Assembly (NCBI GenBank): GCA_951406725.2
Contig: OX597830.1
Span: forward strand, 65,224,001-65,288,000
Length of the DNA: 64,000 bases
Reading direction: 5' to 3'
Origin: Octopus vulgaris
Taxonomy: Eukaryota
Made by a program: the position numbers and the translations under genes. Shown piece after piece: positions 29,455 through 43,583 of this stretch. Position 1 is the stretch's first letter; each line of letters opens with the position of its first letter. The notes under the pieces are model-generated. The model searched no databases, was not told where the DNA came from, and saw only the letters and a list, made by a program, of their open reading frames with translations.

Positions 29455-29759
29455 CTGTAAAGATAAAGAAAAACAATATGGAGTTTATATACAAACAGCA
29501 AATTATTCAAATATTTCATGCATGTTTTATTTCAATAATGTATTTCTTTGCAAGACCCGAATTCGAACTTCATATTCTCTATATTGAAAGTAGTTCACGA
29601 ACCTCACGCCTGAGGAATAAAAACAAGCAAGGAACGAGTTACCTATGTGGTTGCTCTATTTTCTGAAATAATAACTGAATCTCCTTTGAATCACTTCCTG
29701 CTCTGTTAAAAGTTGGAGGACATCTTAAATAATTATTGTTTGGAAATAATTGGGGAAAG

Positions 29760-30126
29760 GCGACTATTTGGGGGGAAAAGGACGATTCGATTACATCGAC
29801 CCCCAATGCGTAACTGGTAATTTTCATCGACCCTGAAAGGATGAAAGGCAAAGTCGGAATTTGAACTCAGAACGTAGCGGCAGACGAAATACCTATTTTT
29901 TTACCACCCACAAGGGGCTAAAAATAGAAGGAACAAACAAGGACAGACAAACGGATTAAGTCGATTATATTGACACCAGTGCGTAACTGGTACTTTATTT
30001 ATCGACCTCGAAAGGATGAAAGGTAAAGTCGACCTCGGCGGAATTTGAACTCAGAACGTAGCAGCAGACGAAATACCGCTAAGCATTTCGCCGGGCGTGT
30101 TAACGTTTCTGCCAGCTCGCCGCCTT
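29760..30126 (-). mobile_element. SINE family A dimer in the laccase last intron
   Basis: Two cores joined at GAAATACCTATTT. Confidence 0.85.
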
Positions 30127-30364
30127 CAGGCCACCTTGAATAATATTATATCTGATATATCTGATAATGTTATATTTGATATACAGCTATATCTGAAGAA
30201 GGTACGATCGTGAATTAAAAATTATCCACTTCCAGAACCTTCTATGATCTAATTTACATTTCTCTTTATTTGTTTTTGTGAAACAATCCTTCGCCATTGG
30301 CTCATATCATTCAGTCACGTAGTTTGCAAGGAACCACGGGCGATATACATACATAGATATATAC

Positions 30365-30444
<80 letters not shown>

Positions 30445-30479
30445 ATATATATATACACATATATATAGATATGTATGTG

Positions 30480-30526
<47 letters not shown>

Positions 30527-31149
30527 GTGTGTGTATGAGTGAGTGTGTGTGTGACACATTGGGAAAGTATTCTGAAACGCACAAAGTGTTGTGAAGGGAT
30601 TGGATGTGTGTATGTCGGTGTGTGGTGGTGGGGGGCTATGTCTGTACACCCCAACACTTGACCGTGGTTTTCTGGTGTATTTACGGCTCCGTAACTTAGC
30701 CGTTTGGCAAAAGATGCAGATAGAATAAGCACTGGGAAAACTTCTTCAAGGCGGTGCTCCAGCAAGGCCGCGGTCTAATAGCTCTCAATCTCTCACTTTC
30801 ACTCTCTCTCTTTCTTTCTCTTTCTCTGTCTGTCTCTCTGTCTCTCTGTCTCTCTCTGTTCCCTCTGTCCCTCTGTCCTTCTCTCTCTCTTTCTCTCTCT
30901 GTTTCTCCTCTCTCTCTCTCTCTCTCTCTCTCGCAGTGTTTCTATCTCTCGTACTTTTTAGAAACACAAATCATACTACGGTGCTTCTCGTTCCCATGAA
31001 AAGCACAACCCTTGCCCCATATTCAATCTCATAACTGTTCATGTATGGTAAATATATTTTTTTTAATCACCAGATAATCTGTGATAAATATATATAGAAT
31101 AAGAGATGAAATTAGAGAGAAAAGATAAAAGAAGAAGCGTAAAACATAC

Positions 31150-33220
31150 CAGCGTGTTCATTTTCTAATCTTTGTCTCTCTATATATTCAGCACTTGAGT
31201 GCGTGTGGTCATCCATTTCTTTATCGTTATCTTTCTGTTTTTGATTCTCTTTATGTTCACCACTTTTGTCCTTGTGGTCATCCTTTTCAGTATCTTCTTT
31301 TAGGTTATAAACCGCCTTCCCGAAACCACGACACTGTGGGAAATTGTCCGGCACTTTTGGCAACTGCGCGAAAGATTCGTTAAGAACAAGAGCCATTCCA
31401 TCCATACTGTGTAATTCAATATGGCAGTGCACAAACCACATTCCAGGATTATCGGCCCGTATTCTCACTACAGCGTATCCACCTGTAGGGACCATAATTG
31501 TATCCTTTCGAGGGGCGTTTCGTAAATTCATTCCGGGAATGTTGTCTCCCTCCCAATTGCCGTTTGACCAAGCTGCATCGTTACAATAGTTCATTTTCGG
31601 ATCACCTCTGCAATCAATATCTTTAGTATCATGTATAATTTCTCCCGCTGTTTCATTGTATTTCGCAAAACCCAATTTAACTACATAAAATGAATGTCCG
31701 TGCATGTGTACGGGGTGGGAGAATCCTTTGCCTTTTCCCAAGTTTGTCATTACAATCTGGACAGTATTATCGGGTATCGGATTTAAGGAATGAGTACAAT
31801 GGCACACTTTATCAACGCCACATTTGGTACTATCGCACCGAGTTTTTACTTCGTTCGGTTGTGTTAAAAGGTTTACACCGGGTTTCTTGAACGCCCGTCC
31901 ATTTACTGATGAAGGTGTGTTCCCAGGTTCACCAGGAAATGCAAAATTCAAAAAATGTTCCTCAAACTTTCCAGGCCGGAAAGGCGGTACAACATCTTGA
32001 TAATTAGACTCTAAGTCACCAAAGTTTAAACATGGTTTATCACTTTTATAGGGATCATAAAGAAAGGGACAGTTGAGTAAAGTGCAGTTCTTTTGTTGAA
32101 TGCAGTCAGAAACTGTGGAGTTAGGTTCTTCGACCGGTGCACCCTTATATCGAAGAATTGCTTCAAATGTACTATTTCTGTTTATTTCCAGCGTCTTTCC
32201 ACGGATCCAGTAATTTCCGACAGAGTTATTTGCATGTATTGTGAAGTCAAATCTCTCGCCCGGGTTGATGATAAAGTAATCAACAGGTGTTGGTTTTAGT
32301 TCATAACCATCAGAGGCAACGATCACCATCTGGTGACCATCAACAGATACTTCAAATGGGTACAGAGACCCTGCAGCGATCACTCTAAAACGATAATGTT
32401 TACCTGTTTCTACTTCAAAGACAGTCAGCGGGGCCCCATTGTGATTCCCTGATTCATCGTAATAGCGGCCTCGACCATTCACAAGACCAGAATGGAACTT
32501 AAAAAGACTAAAAAGCGCTCCGTCAGCGGATCTAGAATTTGTAACTTTTTTACCATTCAAATAAACTCCGTAAACCATTTTTATAAAAGTCATATCGGAA
32601 TCCCACTCATGATTGTAATCTGAAACTAACATTATATGTTCTTCCATTTTAGGCTTTGTCTTTTCGTGTAGTATTAAAGCACCAAATTCTCCCATAGTAC
32701 GCTGTGACCCAGTGTGAGAATGGTACCAGTAAGTTCCAGTTTGTGTAGCATTAAATTCATATCTGAATGATTGACCTGGTTGAATAGGGCATTGTGTAAT
32801 CCAAGCTACGCCATCCATGTGTGATGTTCCCCTTTGATGCAAGCCGTGCCAATGTATTGTCGTACTTTCTGAATATAATTGGTTTTCTACTTCAATGATG
32901 ACTCTTTGTCCTTTATAAACTTCTATTGTTGGTCCTGGAACTGTACCATTAACTGCAATCACCTTCATTGGCTGAGAGTAACCATCCATAGTAATAACTT
33001 CATCAGTTGGTATCGGTTGAGCAGTTGTTAAATTAGTGGCGTCATATCTGTAGAGTTTTCCATCGTAGGATTTTACCAAGGTACGATTAACTAACATAGT
33101 TAATTTATACGCAATTATCAGCTTAAACTCACACACGTCGTCTTCCATACGACATGTACGGGAATAAACTAACGGTGAGAATAGGCCCAGGAGGAATACA
33201 ATTGCGTTGGAGTGAATCAT
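31150..33220 (-). CDS. Multicopper oxidase (laccase / ascorbate-oxidase-like), main coding exon; ~728 aa with the TM exon
   Basis: Signal peptide MIHSNAIVFLLGLFSPLVYS; HWHG, WYHSH, HPVHMHGH, HCHIELHSMDGM; DNPGMW. Acceptor TTCCAG just above 33244 implies an upstream 5'-UTR exon; donor G|GTATGT at 31150/31149. Confidence 0.95.
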
Positions 33221-34548
33221 AATTGAACCAGTGTGTGCAGATATCTGGAATCACAAAATATAAATATGAGAAACAACGAAATCACCAAGGACGATGTGAC
33301 AATTAAATCATGAAATATTTCTGTTTTAAAGACGAAAGAATACCAAAATATTAAAGAGAAGGAATGAAAGTAAACTCTCTGTGACAGGTGGACGACAGGG
33401 AGATCGATATTGTTTTGTTAGTAGGACATTTCTGCGCCGGAACAAACTTTGATTAGGAATTTTTGCAAGTATAACAGTTACTGGCTACAGTCACTTTCTT
33501 CTCTGTCTTTAACTTACAAGACGACCCTTTTCAACATTTGGTGGCACAGTATCATAAGTAAGAAGTAAAGAATATTTCAAGCATGCCTGTCAGACCAGAA
33601 ATACCGGTTGAAGTAAATGAAAATACAGGAGGATCCAGTAAGTGTGACTGCGTGATACAGTGTGCTCCAGATGATACTAGTATATCCTCTAACATGGACA
33701 ATTGAGATTGATTACATAATATGGTTCTCATTCGTTTTATAGAAAAAGCTATGGTTACGTAACAGAATATTTTTTGTAGACGACAAGACATTGGTAGGTT
33801 AGAGATGCATCGGTGTGGCCGTGCGGTGATTGTAGATGGAACCAAATTTGATGCGTTCATCAAAGACATTTACTAATTAGAAGTCTAGTAAATAAAGTTA
33901 ATAGCCTTCTAAATCTATAGTATTAGACGGTTAAAAGACATTTCCTTTCACATGAAGCATAAATCAGTGCTAGTTATTTCACAAAAGAAAGCGTCATCTA
34001 ACCTCTATGAACGTACTCGATCTGCTAGAAACAAAAGCTGAATCTAATCTTAGTATTGCTCGATAAAGATCGTAGAAGGTATAATATTTCATGTAAAATG
34101 TAGATGAAACAGTTCTTGGCCTTAGATACCAAAAAGATAGTGTGGCCATACATATGATATCGTCGATATATTTGGAAACGATTATATTTGAATGTCCTAG
34201 AGTAATAATGGTGGGCGGGATCTGGCAGGTCTAAACAATAGCAACAACACCTCCGTCAACGAAGTTAGTCATAAAAATTCCATATTTATTGTCCGTGAAA
34301 TATTGGACTCTGCTCACATATCTAGGTATTCCGTCTTAAAATTCTGAGATCAAATTTCACTCAGGCCGACTACTTTTTATCATTTAGGGGTCGATGAAAT
34401 AAATACCAGTCAAGTACTGGAGTCGATGTTAGCGACTTTCCCCTTCCCAAAAAATTTCAGTAGAAATGATTATACAAATATTTATAGTCACCATGATAGA
34501 TCGTTAGCCACCACACACATTTTTTCTCTCCTTGTTTTTTCTGTGTCC

Positions 34549-34584
34549 CTTTCTGTAGAGGAGCGTAGGCTCGAAATGTAAAAG
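34549..34584 (+). ncRNA. Hammerhead-like motif, CTGTAGA core, in a pLTR unit (~34490-34675)
   Basis: CTTT-CTGTAGA-GGAGC GTAG GCTC-GAAAT-GTA^AAAG; same family as 20232. Confidence 0.45.
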
Positions 34585-34672
34585 ACTTTTTCTGTTCCTG
34601 AGCGTTATTCTAATACATCTGTTTGTTTTGTACACCACCTGTCTTCGTCTTTTGTTTTTTTCTTAAACTCTT

Positions 34673-34765
<93 letters not shown>

Positions 34766-34789
34766 ATGTATGTATGTATACCTCAAAGC

Positions 34790-36500
34790 AAGACCGCAAA
34801 ACAACGCTTACTGAAAGAATATCCACCCTCACTTATAGATGAGGGAATTAAATGTGCCAAAAAATAGACATAAAAACACTAAGAACAACAAAATATAACA
34901 CCACACCTCATCTCAAAACACTACTATTTATATCAACACATAACCCCAGAAACAGTGAGGCATTCAACACTATTGTACAAAATCTTCCTTTACTAACTAG
35001 GGTTCCAAAAATGAACGACATCCTGAAATCGCACAAACTCATCAAATGCAAAAAGCAACACAAATCGCTAGTGACTACTAACAAATGTGAAGCTTTACGA
35101 AACAACCACGAAACCGATGGTTAAAAAATGTGTACGCCCATACTGTGGAAACTGCCCCAACTTACGTGACGGCTCGGATTTCCTTTTCAAACAAAGACAG
35201 AGGTTCACAATTAAAACTAGTTTCACTTGTGCCTCTGAGAACCTAATTAATGTAATAACCTGTTTGGGTTGTGGACACAAGTATATTGGACAGACGAGTT
35301 TGACCTTGAGAAGGAGAACTACTCTACATAAAGTGCAAATCCGTTTCCCGCTATACAGGTAAATTCTTTTCAGTGAATATATAGAAAAATGTGCAGATAA
35401 CATCAAACCAAATTTCACAGTCTTCCCCTTCTACCAGTGCAAAGACGCAATCTCTCCACAAGAACGTTTAAATAAAGAAACTTTTTTCATTGAAAAATAC
35501 AGAACACGTCTTAATATGCATGCATAACAAACTTTTATCTTTTTACATATTTCAGTTCACGATTACATCACTGTACATAAATCCCCTCACTAAACAAGTT
35601 TTTCGAAACCTTTTTTTTTTTTGTGTGTACATATATATTCCCCCTTACCGAAAGCTGAACAGTTATCTCCCTTGCCCACAATGACAACAATAATAACGGT
35701 AACAATTACCTTCCTTTATTTTCCTACTTGTGGAGTCATTCACTCGTTAATATCACACACAACATGGACAAAAATTACTTCGTAAGAAAATATATATTCA
35801 AATAAGTAAACCATAATGTCATGATTAGCGAAAACGAAACCGGTCGGTATATTAAAAATCATATTAAACTATGTAAAGTGTGTCTATTTTCCTTTTTTAA
35901 TTCCTTATATATATTACAACTGCCTACGCGGGGATAATCGAAAAGAATTGAAAGAAATTAACTCAAATTCTGTTATTCTAACTAACAAAACAGATGGATT
36001 AAATTACTGTATCCGAGAAGAAGCGGAATTTGAACAAAGAAAACAGTCTACAGAACAGGTTAGTCAAAATTTGAACGAACTCTTCACGACACTGCATTCA
36101 TTTGTCACAAATAACTTTGAAAAAGAATCATCACCAAAATACCTAATCCATAACGAAAATATACCAATATCAGCACATTTGATTAAAAGTCGCATTAGCC
36201 ATATTTGGTCCAAAAATCTTAACGCTAGAAAATTTTCATTTTGAAACATGATAAAAAGTAACAACAAGGCAGAAATATATGAAAAAGGGATTAACTCAAC
36301 ACCTTTAATTCTACCACGCAAGATACAAATTAAGCCAATCCCAGAAGAACCCGAACAGCAAAGGAAATTTAGGGAGAAATTAGCACTAGAAAAAATGAAA
36401 ATAGAGATTGAGTTACTCAAACTCAGAGCATCGAATAACGAACAAAAATATAAAACAATCGATGAAGAAATGCACACCGAACTCACTAAACATACTGGTG
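34790..36500 (+). mobile_element. Penelope-like element: decayed GIY-YIG 3' end and pLTR, followed by a probable ORF N-terminus (partial tandem)
   Basis: CVRPYCGNCP...FTCASENLINVITCLGCGHKYIGQT..LRRR..LH; relic GAAACCGGTCGGT at ~35836-35848. Confidence 0.85.
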
Positions 36501-36694
36501 ATAAAGAATGTTTTTATATTAAATTATCCTCAACATTTTTGAAATCCCGTCTGGCCAGTCACTTCTCTACCTTTGAAGCAATCATAAGCGGAATTCTACA
36601 GGAATCAGTAATATAATCTGGGACCTCAAGGGCTCTAACAAATTTTTTTCTTTAGTATGGAAGATACTTACTTGAATTTTTTCTTATGAATATA

Positions 36695-37021
36695 TTAGTT
36701 GTTGAACCCAGCGTTGCTCGTATTTTCCGTGTGGACTTTGAATTGAAATCTACGTTCTCTGCGCCAACTACTAATAATAAGAAGGAAAAATAACCTCATT
36801 ATGGGAATTTCCATACAAACGCCCAATTGAGGTCACAAAAATCGATGCCAACTGAGCATTATCGAGTTTTCAAAAAAACTCCTGCTTTATCTGAACTTCA
36901 GCAGGGCATGTGTTCTATCTATGTTCCAAAAACCATTAAAATTGGTTGGACGGTGCAGGGGGTGTTAGAGTAACCCCAAACACACACATACACACACACC
37001 ATTACACATTTAATATATAGA
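36695..37021 (-). mobile_element. Non-autonomous Helitron-like element
   Basis: 5' TCTATATATTAAA; 3' CGAGCAACGCTGGG..CAACTAA. A related 3' end lies at 47739-47767. Confidence 0.5.
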
Positions 37022-37082
37022 TATATGTATATCATGACGGTTAGTAAGGAGAGACACAAGTAAGTGAGAAGAAAACAAAGGA

Positions 37083-37123
37083 CCACTGATGCGGTCACAG
37101 GAGTGTGACGAAAGAACTTTGGC
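37083..37123 (+). ncRNA. Hammerhead-like motif, CTGATGCG core variant
   Basis: CCA-CTGATGCG-GTCAC AGGAGT GTGAC-GAAAGAACTT-TGG. Confidence 0.4.
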
Positions 37124-37238
37124 CGAAATAAGATTAAGATTAATGTAAAAAATAAATATCACTGAAGCAAAATAACACCAAATATATAGTGCGTGTGTTT
37201 TTATTGGCTAAACTGGCAATATGACCATTCCGAAATAT

Positions 37239-37301
<63 letters not shown>

Positions 37302-37484
37302 CATATATATTTATGTGTATGTATGTTAATTAATGCGTATGTGTTTGTGTACGTGTGTGTGCATTTGAATATAAATACGTTACATATGTAGAAAAATTCA
37401 AGATATAAATGGTTTAACAACATCCCCAGGGTTCGTCTCCCTGTTCAATTTTCATACGCGTGTGTGTGTGTGTGTTGATATACA

Positions 37485-37703
37485 TTGGAAGGGAAACGAA
37501 AAGTTCTTGGATTTGGGTAAAAGAAAATGCAAAGGGAATCAGTTGATTATGGATATATTCAACAGATTCCCTTCTCAAATTCATACACTTGTTGTAGCAG
37601 TCCTTAAGTTTTTTTAAGCCCTGCAAAAGATTTCAGAAGTTTGGGCCCTAAACCAGGCCTTTCATGATACCCATAAAGCCAGGAATTTTTCAGCATCACC
37701 TCG
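37485..37703. mobile_element. mariner-derived MITE
   Basis: TIR-like AAAAGTTCTTGGATTT / AAAGCCAGGAATTTTTCAGCA; related to 54351-54540. Confidence 0.55.
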
Positions 37704-37754
37704 CACATAGAAATACATTCACATACTTAGAGACCGAAGGAGAGGCTTATGTAT

Positions 37755-38470
37755 ATATGTATATATGTAAGTGATTACACGCCCTCAAAAGGTAAGAACA
37801 AAACACTTGATCATTTCTGCGAACTCATCTTGAATTACCCGTATCAATATATGCACAAACAAAAACACAAACCAAACTTCAGCAAAAAAAGAATGGGCTG
37901 AGCTAAACAAATTAAAAAATGACAAAACAATTACAATCAAAGAGGCAGATAAAGGGAGTGCAGTTGTCTTAATGGACACGGTATTTTATATAACTCTAGT
38001 ACTATCCATATTGGAAGACACAAAAGATTATTAAAAGACCCAACACTACAGTCAGCAGAAAATAATGAGAGAACTAAAATCAATGTTAAACCTATACAAA
38101 GAAGGGCTCACCGACAAAGAATATGATTATATGACCAATTTCACAAGTAAAACCAACCAATTCTATGGTATTCCCAAGACACACAAAAGTGAGAAAATAA
38201 GTAACGCATGCAAGAGAGCCACAGACATAATAATTAAAGTCCCTACTCCTAATGACCTCAAATTGAGACCTATAATAGCAGGTCCCCTATGCGAAAACCA
38301 CCTCCTCAGTAACTTTTTAGACACCCTCTTAAAACCATTCCTCAAGCATGTCAAAAGCTATATAAGGGGCGACCTGGATATGCTCAATCACCTTCCTAAA
38401 ACAATAAACAAAAACACCCTACGAGTATCCTTCGATGTAGACAACCTCTCTTCCAATATCCCCCACAATA
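37755..38470 (+). mobile_element. Penelope-like reverse transcriptase fragment
   Basis: ITIKEADKGSAVVLMD, FYGIPKTHK, LRPIIAG, SFDV..L.SNIP. Confidence 0.88.
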
Positions 38471-38652
38471 CATACATACATACATAATGTCCAATTTTCG
38501 GTATATTTGGCATTAGAATTTTTTTCGTTTGCCCTTATTTATAAGTTGTTTATAATTTAACCTTTAAAGGTATCTTTTAATATGCTGGCCATTGATAAAA
38601 TTTTTTTTCGAAAAGAAAATTTATCCTACATTAGATATATATATATATATAA

Positions 38653-38710
<58 letters not shown>

Positions 38711-38959
38711 TTATATAAAAGAAATGTATGAATACTCACATTTTTCTCTCTCTCATAAGACCACTGAAAGCAGCTACCTTAGTTCGTTGCAGCCACAATT
38801 CTACTATTATGACGCAACCTTTCTGATTAAAATTACTTATATTCGGCTACCAGCACTATTTATATGCGTCATGCTATATTTGTTTCTCTTTTTTTATGTA
38901 TATATTTTTTAAGACTTTTATCCGATACGCTTAGAGTTTTGGTTACGCTTCTGTAATTC

Positions 38960-39013
<54 letters not shown>

Positions 39014-39118
39014 TACACAGGTATCAATATACATATTACTTATATAACGTATATCTATATATACCCACTTACACACTCACTCTCTCGCTTTTATTCTTCC
39101 TCTCTCTCTTTCTCTCAA

Positions 39119-39166
<48 letters not shown>

Positions 39167-39182
39167 GAAAAAACAAGTCAGG

Positions 39183-39241
<59 letters not shown>

Positions 39242-39249
39242 TGTGCGTG

Positions 39250-39475
39250 TGGCGGCGCGTGGCTTAGTGGTTAGGGTGTCAGCATCATGATCGTAAGATT
39301 GTGGTTTCGATTCCTGGACCGAGCAACGCGTTATGTTCTTGAGCAAAACACTTCATTTCACGTTCCTGGCAAAAATGAGTAACGCTGCCATGGACTGGCG
39401 TCCCGTCCAGCTGGAGAACACATACGCCATTGAAACCGGGAAACCGGGCCCATGAGCTTGGCTAGGCTTTAACAG
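39250..39475 (+). mobile_element. tRNA-derived SINE (family D)
   Basis: GGCGGCGCGTGGCTTAGTGGTTAGG...GGTTTCGATTCC; related copies at ~23985, ~53280-53500 and ~55960-56180. Confidence 0.7.
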
Positions 39476-39483
39476 GCCAAATA

Positions 39484-39557
<74 letters not shown>

Positions 39558-40077
39558 TAGATATAGATATGTATGTATGTATGTATATATGTGTGTGTTT
39601 GTATGTGTACCTACAACAGAGAGAATAGAAATGGGTTAAGCTTTACTACAGCTGTTTTAGACAGTTTTTTTTATTGAAGAATAAACTGTTCACATCATTA
39701 TAATAGCAAGCGTTTTCTCTAGGTGAATTAAAATCTTAAATATGAAATCTAAAATGTGGTTCGGAAACAGCTGAAGTGAGCGATAACCCATTTGTTTTCT
39801 TTCTTTATATGAATGTCATACCTGGGACCTACTCTGCGTTGAATCAGGAATTGATAGTGAATCGTGAAACTGTGTACCAGCCTGCATTTGTGTGTATAAT
39901 TTCATATACATGCATACTTATACGGATGTGTATATTGATTTGTTCATATGCATGTATATGCAAGTGTTGAAACATGTCCGCATGTGCATTAGTATACATG
40001 TGGGTTTCTGTATACAGAATTTACACGGCTATATTAATCTTGACCCTAACTTGGTGACATTTGTTATTAAAATACCT

Positions 40078-40910
40078 TAGCCATCTTTGCTTGCTATGCA
40101 GACGATACAAAAGTGCCTCAGAGGATATAGAAACCTGGAGACATTGCGCATCTGCAGCGTGAGTTGGAGACAATATACAGGTGTGCTGAGGAAAATAACA
40201 TGCAGTTTAATGCTGGAAAATTTCAAGCCCTGCACCACCATACATGAAGCGCAATAGAAGGCAGATCGGATACTTTGGCCCAGGATGGATTGCAATCTCT
40301 GAATCAAAATTAGTGCGTGATCTGAGCATCGACATGAGTAACAATGCATCTTTCCAGCTGCATATTACCAAGTTGTCAATAAAATGCGGACGCTTGGACG
40401 GATGGATCCTTCGAACTTTCAAGACGAGAGAAAAGAAAACCATGATGGTCATCTGGAGGGCTTTTGTCGTTAGTCGTCTGAATTACCGCTCCCAAACTGT
40501 AAAATTAACTCCGGAACTCGAGGCAATTCAGCGAAGCTATACAATGAAGAAACACATTGCGAGAGACTATAAGGGACTGAAAGAGTTAAGACTCTGCTCC
40601 CTAGAACGAAGGCGGAACAGATATGCAGTAATATACAACTGGAAATCCTAGAAAAACTTGTACCAAAATATGGCATTGTCAGTTACACAAACAGCAGGAT
40701 AGGGCCCCACTGTATAGTACCAAAAGTCCCAACCTCGCCACCAGCATACACAACCAGATACTGCAACAGTTTGGGCTTCAAGGGCCCAAAACGCTTCAAT
40801 ATCCTTCCGCAAAGCCTGGATGTAGGAGTTTTCAAAAGCAAACTGGATCAATTTCTGTCAAGTCAAGAAACACAGATGAGGGCAGTAAGGTCAAATTCCC
40901 TAGTCCACCA
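40078..40910 (+). mobile_element. CR1-group LINE RT C-terminal fragment, decayed
   Basis: VRDLSI...WILRTFKTRE...LEAIQR...LERRR.RYAVIY; homologous to 42741. Confidence 0.85.
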
Positions 40911-41297
40911 AATTTTAACTCTCAGAGGAGGCTTAGTGAAAGAGCAGCAAAGCAAACGGCAGTGTCTCAGCATGGCTGCAGTCCTCGGACTGGAACGAAA
41001 TGAGAAAAAAATATACGAATAATTAATACACACACACACACACACATATGCACACACATATGCACACACATATACAAAATATAATTCTTTTTTCTTTTAC
41101 TTGTTTCAGTCATTTGACTTCGACCATGCTGGAGCACCGCCTTTCGTCGAACAAATCGATTCTAGGACTTATTCTTTGTAAGCCTAGTACTTATTCTATC
41201 GGCTTCTTTTGTCGAAACGCAAGGTTACAGGGACGTAAACACACCAACATCGGTTCTCAAATCAAGGGAGTCAAGTACAGACACACAAATACATACA

Positions 41298-42415
41298 TAT
41301 TAGGTTGGTAACTAAGTTGCCGCCATTTTTTTTTAATTTTTTAAAAGTTTTAATAAAACATAACAACTAATTAATCAATAATGTATTCACCCTTGGTGAA
41401 TACAACTTCTTCCCAACGTTCAACAAGATTTTCAATACCTCGTTGGTAGAAATCACCCGATTTCGACTCGAAAAATTGATCCAACCAAGCTTTCAATTCT
41501 GTATCAGTATTGAACGAAACTCCGCGTATAGCATTTGAAAGATATCGAAAGAGGTGGAAATCCGTTGGTGCCAAATCAGGAGAGTACGGCGGGTGTGGCA
41601 GCACTTCCCAGCCATGCGTTTGAATGGCTTCCTTGGGCTTATTGGCAATATAATGGCGGGCGTTGTCGTACAGTAGAACTCCATGCTGCCAAACAGGTTT
41701 TTTCTCTTGAATAGCCATGTTAAGTCGTTCCATCTGTTGAACATAGAGTTCTCGTTTCACGCGCGGTGTTTAGCGGAGGTAAGTCATTCCTTACACTGTT
41801 TCATATTGATGTACAGGCACTATTTTTTGTTGCCAGTAACGATTCGGTAAAGAAATCATTGCTTATGTCCATGAGTTGAGCAGTGACGATCAAGCAAACC
41901 AGTGGAGATTGTGGCTTGTTGATTTTTGTTGTTGTCACTTAAAGCATGCGGAACCCATGCTCCATACTTCTGAACCTTTCCCATCGAGTGAAGATGCTTC
42001 TCTATAGCAGTGGGGGAGCATTCCATTTTCTCTGCAAGTTGCCTTGTCGTTTTACGAGAATTTTCCTGCGAAAATTGGTATAATCGCTCTTCATCGAACT
42101 CAACTGGACGGCCAGAACGAGGTGCGGTTCTTTGAGCTATGGCACGTTCTCCATACACAGCACAAATATCGCGAGCAGCTTTTGCGACCTTAGAACCTTG
42201 ATTAAAATTTAAAAGAGAAGGAGGTATCGAAAATGCTCGTTTTTCTTAACCCGATATACCAATTTAATGATTTAAAAATAAACAAAAATTAACTAAAAAA
42301 TAAACAAATAGATTCCAAAATGATTAAAAAATAATATTCTCGAAAAAAACGGTATTCTCTAAAATTAAAAACGCAATAAATTCCAAAATTTAAAAAAATC
42401 GGCGGCAACCCAATA
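41298..42415 (-). mobile_element. Decayed mariner transposon with TIRs and TA flanks
   Basis: RSGRPVEFD, WVPHAL, DNA..H, HPPYSPDLAPTDFHLF; TA-TTAGGTTGG... / ...CAACCCAA-TA. Confidence 0.92.
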
Positions 42416-42423
42416 CATAATAC

Positions 42424-42502
<79 letters not shown>

Positions 42503-42740
42503 GGGCCTCTTTCAGTTTCCGTCTACCAAATACAGTCACAAGGGTTTGGTCGGCCTGAGGCACTTGTCCAAATTGCAACGTAGTGGGACTGAACCAAGAA
42601 CCATGTGGTTGGTAAGCAAGTTACTTACTTACTTACCACATAGTCACTCTTGCGCCTATATATATATATATTTTTTTTCTCTAGTTTCAGCTCAGAGCTG
42701 CGGCCATGCTGATGCACCGCCGTTTTGTGCTACACTGTTA

Positions 42741-43583
42741 TTACGAAGAACCTCGTCTATGTGGCACTTGGTGAAGAATGGAGTTTGATATAGCTACTCT
42801 CATTTGCACCTCTTGCCGTGAGGTAGGTTCATCTGGGACTCTTGACAAGAAGATGCCCAGCTTTGATTTAAAAACCGCTACACCTACTTTGTGCAAGTTC
42901 CTCAGACTCTTTGGGAGAATATTAAAAAGCTGTGGGCCCTTGAAACCCAGGCTGTTGCAGAAGATGGTCCTGAAGCGTGATGGCATTGCTGGGATCTTTG
43001 GCACTATGCAGTGTCGTCCCGTTCTAGCATTGGTGTAGCTTACAATGCTAAAATTTGGCACAATTCCTTCCAGGATCTTCCAGACATATATTACTGCATA
43101 CCTCTCCCGTCTTCTCTCCAGGTAGTAGAGTCTTAGCTTCTTCAACCTTTCCCAGTAGCTGAGCTGTTGCAAAGAGACTATCTTCTTTGTGAATCTTCTC
43201 TGGATTGCTTCAAGGTCCGCTGTTAATTTTACACTGGTGGGTGACCATAGCTGTGAGCAGTAATCCAGGCGGCTGAGGACGAATGTCCGCCAGAGGACCA
43301 TCATGGTTTCCTTATCTCTGGTTCTGACTGTTCTTAGGATCCACCCAGCCAGTCGTCTGCACTTTGTCACCATCCTGGTAATGTGCACTTGGAAAGAGGT
43401 ATCATCACTCATGTCGATACCCAGGTCCCTCACAGACTTAGGCTCTGGGATTGAAATTCCCTGTGGACCGGTGTATTCTGTAAGTTTAATATTCAGTTTT
43501 GGATGCTGGTAGCGCAGGGCCTGGAATTTTTCAGCATTAAACTGCATGTTATTATCCTCAGCCCATCTGTAGATTGGGTCCAG
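42741..43583 (-). mobile_element. CR1-group LINE, 5'-truncated, open RT C-terminal frame
   Basis: 268-aa ORF: FNAEKFQ, VRDLGI, RLDYCSQLWSP, LEAIQRRFTK, YWERLKKL. Confidence 0.9.

Noticed and set aside
31112-33220. 702-aa ORF as a complete intronless or bacterial/HGT gene
   Set aside because: Good splice sites on both sides, a matching TM exon and animal-type Cys-rich inserts. No sequence-only support for HGT.
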